Of a stretch of DNA of 64,000 nt, positions 36,165 through 44,981 are shown one piece after another. Made by a program: the position numbers and the translations under genes. How positions within the stretch are numbered: position 1 is the stretch's first letter; every line of letters starts with the position of its first letter. Below the pieces are notes generated by a model. The model was not told the origin of the DNA, made no database searches, and saw nothing but the letters and a program-made list of their open reading frames with translations. The DNA is taken from the IMG/VR virus record IMGVR_UViG_3300028654_000001, positions 124,001 to 188,000 of that record; one strand, given 5' to 3'.

Positions 36165-36299
36165 ATGAGAGACCCTCAGTCCTGCAACTGCTTACTCAGA
36201 AGCGGGATGGTCTGTGTTTCTCAATCCATACCGAAGGATCTTGACTGCAGGTACCCGTGGCAGTTAAGCGGTAGTAAGACTCGGTCTGGAAATCCGTAG
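36165..36299 (+). CDS. 44-aa Cys-rich micro-protein
   Basis: TTGACA-N18-TAACTT-N7-ATG; MRDPQSCNCLLRSGMVCVSQSIPKDLDCRYPWQ... Confidence 0.5.
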   Translation: MRDPQSCNCLLRSGMVCVSQSIPKDLDCRYPWQLSGSKTRSGNP

Positions 36300-36384
36300 A
36301 GGTGATCGCTCAATGGCGATTCGGTAGGCTGGAGTTGTCATGAGCTCCAGCCCCCACCTCCTATTTTGTCCGAAAGGATCTACT

Positions 36385-36552
36385 ATGAGAGGTGATTGCC
36401 CGCATTGTGGAGGATCTGGAATTGAACCACACCCAGAAGATCCCAACTACGTCCGACCCAACCCATCTCACGAGTGGGACCCTCAACAGCCGGCTTGCCG
36501 TATCTGTGAAGGTCATGGGGAGGAACCGGACCCGTGCGAGTGGGACCCTTAG
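36385..36552 (+). CDS. CxxCxGxG zinc-finger micro-protein
   Basis: CPHCGGSG...CRICEGHG. Confidence 0.7.
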   Translation: MRGDCPHCGGSGIEPHPEDPNYVRPNPSHEWDPQQPACRICEGHGEEPDPCEWDP

Positions 36553-37103
36553 ACTTCTGAGGTCTGACTCGTTGATGTAGCAGCGAGGGCAGGTTTCTGA
36601 ACTGAAGCTGCCCTCGCTTCTTCGAGCTTCTTCTTGACCCAAGCCTTGCACTTAGCCTTGGCAACCTCGAGGTCATCGACCGGGTTTCTACAGGTGTTTG
36701 CTCTGGGGATCCTGAAGGGGAGCTTCTCCGATGGTTCGTTGCCAGCACTCCAGACCCAACCCTTATACTGCGGTGGCTCATCGGCGCCAGACGGGGGCAA
36801 TCGGTAGGAGATGATATTGGCAACCTCCACGCCGTTGGCGAATAGGTTAGCCCCTCGAGGAGGTTCAATGACTCGGGCCAGCCCTTCTTCGTGTCTCTCG
36901 GGTCTCCAAACCAGGAGGATCTTGACGAAGGTAGGAGCCCCTACTCCCCGCTTGCAAGTCCCGCATAGGTCAGGGTCATCCAAGTCGACCTCATCCTTAC
37001 TCACGGGGTGCTCTACATTAACGAGTAATCTCCCACAGAAGGTTCGATTGGCTGTTCGTGGGACGTGCTTCAAGTTCGGGTTGAGGGTCTTCGGCTGGGT
37101 CAT
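36549..37103 (-). CDS. hypothetical two-domain protein
   Basis: N-terminal H...CG...CGTC; C-terminal domain paralogous to 35727-36042. Confidence 0.8.
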   Translation of the reverse strand: MTQPKTLNPNLKHVPRTANRTFCGRLLVNVEHPVSKDEVDLDDPDLCGTCKRGVGAPTFVKILLVWRPERHEEGLARVIEPPRGANLFANGVEVANIISYRLPPSGADEPPQYKGWVWSAGNEPSEKLPFRIPRANTCRNPVDDLEVAKAKCKAWVKKKLEEARAASVQKPALAATSTSQTSEV

Positions 37104-37456
37104 GGATCACTCGAGAGGTTCAAGCCTTGGGCAATAAGCAGGGGGCTTATCGTCGCATCAAGACCAAAGGCATGTCGGTAGGGGACTCCACTAGGGTCCG
37201 ATCTCAGATTCGACCCTAGTTGTTCTTGAATCGTTGCCCGAAGTGCCACAAAAGGACGCTGAATACTCCAGCTCTCGCGTCCCTTATTTTTAACCATCTC
37301 GACAAAAGCTAGAACGGCTTCGTTTACAGTCGGTCTCCACGGACCATGCATGTTGTACAGCTTACCAGCATCATTGAGTATTCCTGACTTTACGCTATAG
37401 ATGTTCTTTGACCTTGGTCCGAGGTGACGCTGGGGCATAACTTGACGAGGATCCAT
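37100..37456 (-). CDS. hypothetical protein, leaderless
   Basis: ATG (MDPRQV) 5 nt after the class-I -10 element. Confidence 0.8.
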   Translation of the reverse strand: MDPRQVMPQRHLGPRSKNIYSVKSGILNDAGKLYNMHGPWRPTVNEAVLAFVEMVKNKGRESWSIQRPFVALRATIQEQLGSNLRSDPSGVPYRHAFGLDATISPLLIAQGLNLSSDP

Positions 37457-37461
37457 ACTTA

Positions 37462-37490
37462 GTACTACCAATGAGACCCTCTAATATCAC
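37462..37490 (-). promoter_or_regulatory. class-I promoter motif
   Basis: GTGATA-N17-TAGTAC-N5-ATG. Confidence 0.75.
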
Positions 37491-37574
37491 CATAGTATAT
37501 GCGGATTGTCAAGTATCTTACAGGCAAAACCAAGGTTGATCTCTCGTTGTCCTACCTGGTAGTACACAGAGGTA

Positions 37575-37907
37575 TCAGCTATCAGATAACTGCTCTTTCT
37601 TACTTTGACGATATGCTCTCTTGTACGCCCTAGATCTAGTGTTTGAGTCAACTGAGCATCTCCAATTACCATTATCCCTCGAAGTTATCTTTACCACACC
37701 ACAGTTAGTACAAGTGGCAGTTCTAGCTTCAGTGTCTATGTTTGATAAACGATGCTTCCACCGCTTGGTTTGAGATCCAGACTTTAGAGTACCTCGGCGA
37801 AGATATCTATAGTAGCAAGCTACACAAAACCCTCGAGCTCGGACGATCTTACCACACCCTGGGGTTTGGCACACTTCACTGGTTAGTTCAGTTGGTTCTG
37901 ATGGCAC
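37575..37907 (-). pseudogene. truncated HNH-endonuclease-like zinc-binding protein
   Basis: CQTPGC...ARGFCVACY and HRLSNID..ARTATCTNCG...WRC modules typical of phage HNH N-termini; stops before any HNH core. Confidence 0.55.
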
Positions 37908-38061
37908 TCAGTCTTCTTCCTCGAAGTCAAACTTCGATCGGGGTGAGGACTTGAGCTCTTCGTTCTTCGTCCGCCCCTCTTCTTAGCCCTTCGTCTGGGC
38001 TCCCCCATCTCTGGTTCAGGTTCAAAGCTAGTGGGGCCCTGGACGGCCTATATAAACATCA
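37908..38061 (-). pseudogene. decayed copy of the 39016-39195 small gene
   Basis: PTSFEPEPEMGEPRRRAKKRG in one frame, EELKSSPRSKFDFEEED in another; in-frame TAG near the start. Confidence 0.75.
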
Positions 38062-38118
38062 TAGGCTGATCGCTTGCAGTGGACAACAAAGGTGAGCACT
38101 AGAGTAGATACATCAAGG

Positions 38119-38787
38119 TCATAACGGAAAGTCTAGTGGTTCGTCAAGCATCCCAATTGTTGGGGTCTCTGGTGTCACCTGGGTGTTTTGGATTACCTCA
38201 GCGTTACCAGAGACTTGAACCCAATTGATTGTACCATTAAAGTCCAGGTTATTTGATATAGCTTGTAGTCCGACTACCAGGAACATTGGCAGGAATAAAC
38301 CGGACTCAACTCCAGGGGAGATCGCCCAAGGTTGAGCTACCGAATCTCCGACTTGAAGAGCAGCGGTCAGAGCACCTTGAATAGGGCTCTTCAAATTGTA
38401 CGAAAGTCTGATCTTGAGTTGAGTTCCTTGTAGGTTAGCTGGTCCGGAGGGGAGACCCTCTCCAAGTACAGTCCCAGCCCCATCAACGGATAGGTAACCG
38501 AAAGGTCTGTTGATATCATCAAGTGCAATCCCAACAAACTTTGTAGGGTTTGGCCAACAATCCACTAGGAAAGCTACAGAACGGTTTGATCCTGTAGCCC
38601 CTAGAGTGAGTAGGACCTCGAGAGTACCGATGTCAGACAGGGCTAGAGACTGAATAGAGTTAGCTTCAAACACCCCACTGATGAGGAGTCCTGGATTAAC
38701 CAGTGGTCGTACTAGATCCATACTCGACCTAGCATAGTTTATTATGGATACCAGACCAGTTGGATAGTAAATCTTGAATTCAGTCAT
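38119..38787 (-). CDS. beta-rich hypothetical (possible virion protein)
   Basis: 222 aa, MTEFKIYYPTG..., G/S/L/V-rich. Confidence 0.8.
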   Translation of the reverse strand: MTEFKIYYPTGLVSIINYARSSMDLVRPLVNPGLLISGVFEANSIQSLALSDIGTLEVLLTLGATGSNRSVAFLVDCWPNPTKFVGIALDDINRPFGYLSVDGAGTVLGEGLPSGPANLQGTQLKIRLSYNLKSPIQGALTAALQVGDSVAQPWAISPGVESGLFLPMFLVVGLQAISNNLDFNGTINWVQVSGNAEVIQNTQVTPETPTIGMLDEPLDFPL

Positions 38788-38808
38788 GGGTTACTCCTGC
38801 ACCAAACA

Positions 38809-38931
38809 TTAATCACCAACTGGTTGAGTCGGAAAGTTGGTGACACTCTGAACCTAGATGCTAGAATCACCTAACCCAACTGGGGAAGCTAGGGTTGTTG
38901 AAGCTTGATTTGAAAACCGCTCCGTAGTCAT
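38809..38931 (-). pseudogene. N-terminal fragment of the 40453-41979 gene
   Basis: MTTERFSNQASTTLASPVGLGDSSI*VQSVTNFPTQP vs MTTERFSNQASTTLATSVGSGDLSISVQVTTHFPNQP. Confidence 0.85.
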
Positions 38932-38967
38932 ACTTGGAACGGTTCAATAAGAGATTCACCAGGAACT

Positions 38968-39022
38968 AAGTTGAAGGGGACTGATTTTTTTAGTACTCAC
39001 CTGGGAATCAAAAAATCAGTCC
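38968..39022. terminator. 13-bp inverted repeat
   Basis: GGACTGATTTTTT...AAAAAATCAGTCC. Confidence 0.5.
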
Positions 39023-39195
39023 TCTTCTTCGAAGTCTTCGAAGTCAAGCTTTGATCGGATGGATGACTTGAGCTCCCCATCCTCCGTCTCACCCTTTTTC
39101 GGCCGCCCTCGCTTCCTTGCCCTTCGTCTGGGCTCTCCAGTCTCGGGTTCAGGTTCAAAGCTAGTAGGGCACTCTGAAGAAAAGGTGATGCTCAT
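39016..39195 (-). CDS. 59-aa basic/acidic small protein
   Basis: MSITFSSECPTSFEPEPETGEPRRRARKRGRPKKGETEDGELKSSIRSKLDFEDFEEED; AGGAGG-like SD. Confidence 0.75.
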   Translation of the reverse strand: MSITFSSECPTSFEPEPETGEPRRRARKRGRPKKGETEDGELKSSIRSKLDFEDFEEED

Positions 39196-39230
39196 AAGAG
39201 CCTCCTTCTCCTATCTACACCTCATAAAAC

Positions 39231-39280
39231 AAAAAGGGAACGACCCCGGGTAATGCCAAAACCCAGGGTCGTTCAACCTA
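39231..39280 (-). terminator. intrinsic terminator, family member 3
   Basis: GAACGACCC-U-GGGU...ACCC-G-GGGUCGUUC then CCUUUUU. Confidence 0.75.
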
Positions 39281-39538
39281 CTTAGAACAGTCCGCAAGAA
39301 ATGTGACGAAATGACTAACAATCACCAAACAAGACTGTAGCCTACACCACCCTCCAAATCGTGTCAACAGTCAAATTGGATGGTTGACTACCCATGGGTT
39401 CCTCTGTAACTTTATGATCACTCTTTCTTACTTTTTGGATGAGTTCGACTGCAGAGAAGCCCGCCGGTAGTAGTTCCCTGGTGGGCTTCGCCTATTAGGG
39501 CTTTGCACTCCAGAAGCGAAGTAGGTTCTTCACCTCTG

Positions 39539-39634
39539 TCAGATCTGTTGGGGACATGTCGTTGACCAGCAGCTAGTCCAGTAGCTAACCATTGATATCA
39601 GACCCGTAGGGTAGTAGATTTTTAGTTCTGTCAT
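39539..39634 (-). pseudogene. N-terminal fragment of the 38119-38787 gene
   Basis: MTELKIYYPTGLISMVSY vs MTEFKIYYPTGLVSIINY. Confidence 0.8.
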
Positions 39635-39707
39635 GATCACCCTATAGTTTTTGAAAGAAAATTGCGGCCTAGAACAGAGTCTGTGGCTCGGGTGATTGGT
39701 TGTGCTC

Positions 39708-40451
39708 TCACAAACTCACAACACGTGACTTAATGTCAGACGCCACCAACCGAGCCTGTCTATCGAGATCATACTGGCTTAGGTGTATATTACTTGTTAC
39801 TGTGGTGACGTCTAGAGATCCACCGACAATCGATGCATGGGCATCAGCGGCAACCATAGATGCTTGTGCTGCCCGTGCAGCTGGTAGGTAGGTTACATCC
39901 GGTCCAGGTGTATAGCTGTTGCAGAGCTGAATCACAGTCAGATGCAGTGAGGGTATCCCAAGTGCAGATCTGATCGTGGCAACACTGGTAGCAGTATCCG
40001 CCTGCCAAGTACTGGGTGTCCCCTCGTAGAGCATCGCCTCCCCTTGTGACCACACTAGGGTTATACTGCGAGGAGAAATCATGGCCGTCATCCGAGCCGA
40101 GATATATGCTGCCCAGGTGCTTACGACTTCTGCACGAAGATCAGCTGCGTTTATCCCGGGTCGACTGATGGTGCAAATGGACGGCCGAAGCCCAGTATAT
40201 CTCATTTGCGCCGCCAATGACGTAGCCAAATAACCACAAGGGAGCCCGGCTCCAGAAAGTCCCGGTGGGTACTCTTGCCCAGTATGCCACGAGTCGTCTA
40301 TTGAGTAGTTTTGTTGTGACCAGTTCCTATCGTGCTGCTCTCGACTCGGCCACTTCGTTAGCAAATCCCCATAAGGTCCGCAGTTAGACTGACCCACAAC
40401 AAAAACAACGTCACGGTAGTGGTATAGCTCTGAAGCTAGTGCAGTCATCAA
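39708..40451 (-). CDS. SASA/SGNH-family (sialate O-acetylesterase-like) esterase
   Basis: VVGQSN nucleophile motif, LVWSQGE, C-terminal NIH. Confidence 0.8.
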   Translation of the reverse strand: MMTALASELYHYRDVVFVVGQSNCGPYGDLLTKWPSREQHDRNWSQQNYSIDDSWHTGQEYPPGLSGAGLPCGYLATSLAAQMRYTGLRPSICTISRPGINAADLRAEVVSTWAAYISARMTAMISPRSITLVWSQGEAMLYEGTPSTWQADTATSVATIRSALGIPSLHLTVIQLCNSYTPGPDVTYLPAARAAQASMVAADAHASIVGGSLDVTTVTSNIHLSQYDLDRQARLVASDIKSRVVSL

Positions 40452-40452
40452 A

Positions 40453-41979
40453 TCACCAAGCTATCCCTGACATTGTTAGCCAGTGCTGCATTTGTGTGTC
40501 ATCTCCAACTGAGGCCTGAACGCACCATCCGTGCAACACACAGTTGAGATAGTAGCTACCGAACCCAATACCCCACGGATTAGTCAAGATAGCTTGCGCT
40601 ACTCCAGTCACCAAGGACCCAGCCACACCATCGACATAAAGAATCACAGTTGAATTTGTACGACTGACGCGCAGCTCATAATTATGCTTTCCAACGACGC
40701 ATAAACCAACGGGACCCCCGCCAGGTGCAGCCTGCGAGTAACCAACGTTACTCCCGGCTGAGTTGAATCCTGTGGCACAATGAATGCCTACATATTGATT
40801 GGTCCCTGGGCATAAGAACAATAGCTCCCCGGCACCACTAGCCGAAGAAAGTGTCATTGTCCAACGCAAGGTGAAATCTGAAGTAGCTCCCGCTGCTCCC
40901 GCTGCCACACCAGTTACAGCTAAAGCTGTAGTACACGTAACACCTTTCAAAGCGGATGAGTAGGTCCCCTGATGACCAGCAGCAAAAGATAAGTTACGAC
41001 TAGCACCAGATGCATCAGGCCACGTCGGAACCAGGGCACCATCTGCCAGCCCCAGAGTGTCAGCGTAATACAGCTGTTCAGGGCTATCTGCTAGTATAGC
41101 AGCTCTAGCCACAAGCAGCCCGTCCGGTGTCTGGTCATCTGCGGACACGTCTGTCGTGTAAATACGAACATGACCTCGCACATTGAACTTGTATAGTGGG
41201 TCACCACTAATCTGTAGCTCAAGTGAGTTACCATTGGCGACCCATATAGGGTTCCACGTAATGTCCGTGACTTCAAGGGGTATGCCAAGAGATTGCGAGG
41301 TCACAATGAGAGAAGCAGACCCGATTCGATGAGCTGTACAAACCAGTGTGCCAGTCAAGAATTTTTGACCGGCGGCCGAGCACATAAGGTCCACCTCAGC
41401 TCTCACCACTGTGGACGGAGGCACCGGAAACGGAAGACCAGGATTTGACCCAACAACTGTTGTTATAGATACAGGGCCAGATCCGGCGGCGATAAAGGTC
41501 GTGGCCAATGACGCCCCTGAGGGGGTCTCCCAATCAGCAGCAGTCCCACTCGTAGCAGTCAGGACCTGTCCAGGGGTTGGAGCTGCTGCTGAAGAGACTG
41601 AGACTACTGTAGTGGCCGTTCTAATTCCAGAGGCTGTTCGATCATTGGAGAGACGAGAGTCACTGGTCTGAACCGTGTTCTGAGGGATCTCAGCTTCGAT
41701 CTCGGTCCTCAACTCATCGATACCACCTGCGGTCAGCACCCCAATTACTACCGATCCTGCCGCATGAGAGGAATCTGTTGTTCCCTCTACCCCTCTAAGC
41801 ACAGTCCAAGTTGTTCCTGAGATCCCAGTCACCAGCATTAGTTCCTGACCTATTCTGATCCGAAACTCTGGTTGATTAGGGAAATGAGTTGTGACTTGAA
41901 CCGAGATGCTCAAGTCACCAGATCCAACTGAGGTAGCTAATGTGGTTGAGGCTTGATTGGAGAATCTCTCAGTCGTCAT
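40453..41979 (-). CDS. virion-associated/adhesin-like protein with LamG/lectin-like C-terminus
   Basis: 508 aa; N-terminal FRIRIGQELMLVTG..TWTVLRG repeat-like module, T/S/A-rich linker, C-terminal beta-sandwich (VILYVDG). Confidence 0.7.
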   Translation of the reverse strand: MTTERFSNQASTTLATSVGSGDLSISVQVTTHFPNQPEFRIRIGQELMLVTGISGTTWTVLRGVEGTTDSSHAAGSVVIGVLTAGGIDELRTEIEAEIPQNTVQTSDSRLSNDRTASGIRTATTVVSVSSAAAPTPGQVLTATSGTAADWETPSGASLATTFIAAGSGPVSITTVVGSNPGLPFPVPPSTVVRAEVDLMCSAAGQKFLTGTLVCTAHRIGSASLIVTSQSLGIPLEVTDITWNPIWVANGNSLELQISGDPLYKFNVRGHVRIYTTDVSADDQTPDGLLVARAAILADSPEQLYYADTLGLADGALVPTWPDASGASRNLSFAAGHQGTYSSALKGVTCTTALAVTGVAAGAAGATSDFTLRWTMTLSSASGAGELLFLCPGTNQYVGIHCATGFNSAGSNVGYSQAAPGGGPVGLCVVGKHNYELRVSRTNSTVILYVDGVAGSLVTGVAQAILTNPWGIGFGSYYLNCVLHGWCVQASVGDDTQMQHWLTMSGIAW

Positions 41980-42061
41980 GCTGAAGATTCTTTCATAGGA
42001 ACATTATTAGTACTCATCCCTGTGTAAACCACTTCAGTAGTGGTCCGGTGTAGTAGCTTGA

Positions 42062-42316
42062 GTGTCACACTTAGAAGACTACCGCCGAGAGATGCTTGAG
42101 CTCCACCTGGCTCGTGTAGAAGCTGGTGGGACCCTCACTCAAGATAAAGAGTCCGAGTTCGTTGAACGATTGGATCATCATTGGATGGCCATGTCCGAAG
42201 AGGACCAGAGTACAATCGAAGAGGCATTGGCGGGGTTGAAGGTATCGGGAGAACCTAAACTATTAGATCGGGAAGTTTTCATTGGGAGTCAGACAACTCC
42301 ACGAACCTCCCTTTGA
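42062..42316 (+). CDS. hypothetical protein
   Basis: CCGGTG-TAGTAG-N5-GTG start. Confidence 0.7.
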   Translation: MSHLEDYRREMLELHLARVEAGGTLTQDKESEFVERLDHHWMAMSEEDQSTIEEALAGLKVSGEPKLLDREVFIGSQTTPRTSL

Positions 42317-42323
42317 GGACCCT

Positions 42324-42584
42324 ATGGAACCGAAGAGAGACTTCCCAGACACTGATGAATACGGGAACCGAAAGGCCGTCTGCAAGCGGTGCCATGTCCC
42401 AATGCCGGACTGTGAGCCGATGTCAAGACGTGGTGAGTTCTATCATCCACGGGAAGACAAGGAGGGGAAGCCTCACTGGTGTCGAAACTCTGGCAAGACA
42501 TTCACCATGGATGACATGGAAGTTGAGCCCTTCCAACGAAAGGGTAGACGTAGGGCACAAAAGAGGCTAGGGATCAGAGCGTGA
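42324..42584 (+). CDS. zinc-ribbon protein
   Basis: CKRC...H...C. Confidence 0.75.
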   Translation: MEPKRDFPDTDEYGNRKAVCKRCHVPMPDCEPMSRRGEFYHPREDKEGKPHWCRNSGKTFTMDDMEVEPFQRKGRRRAQKRLGIRA

Positions 42585-42904
42585 TCCGATTAGAACTGAA
42601 GGTTGATACCTCAACACACTACTTCCAACCTACTTGGGTTAGACACGGGATATTCCTGAAGCTCAAGGGGGCCGAACAGGAACCCTACCCGAGACTTTGG
42701 GTTCAATGCCTCAAGATGTATGGATCGGCTGAGACAACCAAGGTACGGCTCATTCAGGTTCCTCGAGGTCCGGCAATCGTCATGAGCATGGCTGAGCTAG
42801 AAGAGAAGTATGAGTCCGCTGGATCTCGTACTATCTATGATCCAATCCCTGAAGTAGAAGATACTTCAGTCTTCAATGCGACTGAGTTCTATCAAGGTAA
42901 GTAA
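42581..42904 (+). CDS. hypothetical protein
   Basis: GTGA coupling. Confidence 0.75.
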   Translation: MIRLELKVDTSTHYFQPTWVRHGIFLKLKGAEQEPYPRLWVQCLKMYGSAETTKVRLIQVPRGPAIVMSMAELEEKYESAGSRTIYDPIPEVEDTSVFNATEFYQGK

Positions 42905-42906
42905 GT

Positions 42907-42933
42907 TCAGGTGATTTGAATCACCTGACTTTT
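42907..42933 (+). terminator. intrinsic terminator
   Basis: TCAGGTGATT-TG-AATCACCTGA followed by CTTTT. Confidence 0.6.
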
Positions 42934-43030
42934 GAGTGCATGAGTTGTGGAGCAAGCCAATCAGATAGCTGGACTCGAGTTTGCAGATTAGTAGGACCAG
43001 GGGCCTGTTGTTAGTTTATGAATTATTTAG

Positions 43031-43059
43031 GTGAGAATCAGAGGTCCCACCCGTAGTAT
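43031..43059 (+). promoter_or_regulatory. class-I promoter motif (leadered)
   Basis: GTGAGA-N17-TAGTAT. Confidence 0.7.
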
Positions 43060-43118
43060 CAGGTGTTCAGAATGCTAAAAACCTGATATAGGATGGATTT
43101 ATGCAGAGGACCCACTAA

Positions 43119-43688
43119 ATGGAACTACCAAAAGGCTACTCAGAAGAGTCCATTGCGCATCGAGCTCATGATGCTATCGCCCTGATACAGGCCAAGCTCA
43201 CCGGAATGGGCATTGAATCGAGCGTGAGTATCAACTGGTACTGGTACACGCTGATGATCAGCACCCCAGAGACCTACAGGGCAATTGAGGTTCGTGAGCA
43301 GGCAGAACCCGGTCTGACCCCGTCGAAGTTGCTCTACATCTTTGAGACCATTCGCGTCAACCGAGATGGGGAGATACTCTACCGTGGCCCAACCATTGAG
43401 GAAGATCTCCCAAACTTGGAAGAAGAGCTCATAGTCGAAGTCGAGAGGCAACACGATTGGGTAAAGAGTTCCATCCAGAGAAGAGAGGCTCTCAAAGAAG
43501 AAGAGGACACTCGGCGCCAGACACTCGAAAAACTCAACGAGGACTTCCCAAGATACCGGAAAGGGATCAGCTGCTACAACAAGATTGGTAAGGGAACTCG
43601 CTTCGCGGTGACCATTCAAGATCTTACTGAGGAGCAACTTCGAATAGTCCTCCAGATGTTCCCAGGAGAATCTAGTGAAGAAGTCTAA
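43119..43688 (+). CDS. hypothetical with coiled-coil segment
   Basis: 189-aa ORF; SD upstream. Confidence 0.8.
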   Translation: MELPKGYSEESIAHRAHDAIALIQAKLTGMGIESSVSINWYWYTLMISTPETYRAIEVREQAEPGLTPSKLLYIFETIRVNRDGEILYRGPTIEEDLPNLEEELIVEVERQHDWVKSSIQRREALKEEEDTRRQTLEKLNEDFPRYRKGISCYNKIGKGTRFAVTIQDLTEEQLRIVLQMFPGESSEEV

Positions 43689-44019
43689 AAAACATAGGGC
43701 AGCAATCAACCCCATCAACTACTTCAAGGAAGCTCTCGAGTCCCTCACCGGCAAGAAGCTCCCCATGCGGGTTCCTCGCTTCAAGGCTAGCCGTATGAGT
43801 GATGAGAACCAGTACAAGCTTCAGGAGTGGTGCGTCGATAATGCCCAACCCCCTTGGGCTACTGGTCTCTCAATGATTGAAGCGGCCGAACTCATTGTCC
43901 AGGGTGCCATCGAGAACGGTAATATCGAAGGACCACCACGTAATGCTAAGTTCAGCGGTGGTGGGGTCCTAAGTGAGAGGGAAGATGGGACCTTCACGAA
44001 CTACAGCAAGAATCTATAG
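43675..44019 (+). CDS. hypothetical protein
   Basis: ORF track. Confidence 0.7.
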   Translation: MKKSKKHRAAINPINYFKEALESLTGKKLPMRVPRFKASRMSDENQYKLQEWCVDNAQPPWATGLSMIEAAELIVQGAIENGNIEGPPRNAKFSGGGVLSEREDGTFTNYSKNL

Positions 44020-44066
44020 TACTTAACTAACTTAACTTGTAACTGTAAAACCAACAGGAAGAGAAA

Positions 44067-44924
44067 ATGATATCTAAATTGGTAGCAATTCTGGCACTAT
44101 TAGCAATTTCATGCGGAGCAACACACTCAGAATCTGAAGGAACTTCAGAAAACCAAAGCCTGGGCGAAGTTAGGGCAAGTATACAACTTTCGCCTGGAAT
44201 AACCATCACCCAAATTTCCTATGCACTATCGTGCACTCCAATACCGGTGCCAAGTCAAGTAGCCACTGGTGTTTGGCAAGTAACTGCAGATTCCACTGGT
44301 CAAGCAAAAGTAGATGGATCTATTGGCGGGCTTGACCCAAGTGATACTTGTACTCTTGTACTTACAGCACAGGATTCATGGGGCGCAGCCAATGGCAACA
44401 TTCAAAATTGCCGGGTTAAAGCCGACGGGTTGCCAGTCGGTGGGGGTAAGGTTCAAGTTAACCTAGTGTGTACCGATAATGATGTAGTCGGTTCAAACTC
44501 AGGGAACATTACGGCGGCTGTCACAGTAACCCAAGGGGCGCCTTACCAATGTAGTAGGGTTGCATGGTATTCGAGTTCAGAGTATATGTCGCCAATTCAG
44601 TACGTGGGTGATGCATTTGCTTTGGACATGGCAGTTACTGTTCCAACATCGCCGCAGACTGTCACCTGGACCAGCAACGATGGTGCCGCCTATTGGTACC
44701 AAGGGGCTATATACTCGAACGTCTTTACGCTAACCGGGAATCCTGCAACGGACCCAGCCACCTCTGGAAATCCAGGGAGCCCAGCTCAGGTGATGTACTG
44801 CTACACAAGTGGCAACTTCACCCTCACCCTAACAGTTCAAGATACAACTCCAGGGCTGCTAATTAATGGTCAGCCTGGTTTTTGTCCGGCTTTCAGCAAT
44901 ACCTTCCAGATTACCTGTAATTAG
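44067..44924 (+). CDS. secreted lipoprotein-like, Cys-rich Ig-like protein
   Basis: Signal peptide MISKLVAILALLAISC (lipobox-like), T/S/G-rich beta repeats, paired Cys. Confidence 0.8.
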   Translation: MISKLVAILALLAISCGATHSESEGTSENQSLGEVRASIQLSPGITITQISYALSCTPIPVPSQVATGVWQVTADSTGQAKVDGSIGGLDPSDTCTLVLTAQDSWGAANGNIQNCRVKADGLPVGGGKVQVNLVCTDNDVVGSNSGNITAAVTVTQGAPYQCSRVAWYSSSEYMSPIQYVGDAFALDMAVTVPTSPQTVTWTSNDGAAYWYQGAIYSNVFTLTGNPATDPATSGNPGSPAQVMYCYTSGNFTLTLTVQDTTPGLLINGQPGFCPAFSNTFQITCN

Positions 44925-44940
44925 TCAATCTCCGGAACGA

Positions 44941-44981
44941 AAACGATGTTGGGTAATGAAGAGTTATCCAACATCGTTTTT
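44941..44981 (+). terminator. intrinsic terminator
   Basis: AAACGATGTTGG...CCAACATCGTTT plus T-tract. Confidence 0.75.

Noticed and set aside
36703-36713. 11-nt match to the CRISPR repeat 5' end (possible solitary repeat)
   Set aside because: Inside a coding region, lacks the second stem arm and ATTGAAAC end; expected by chance
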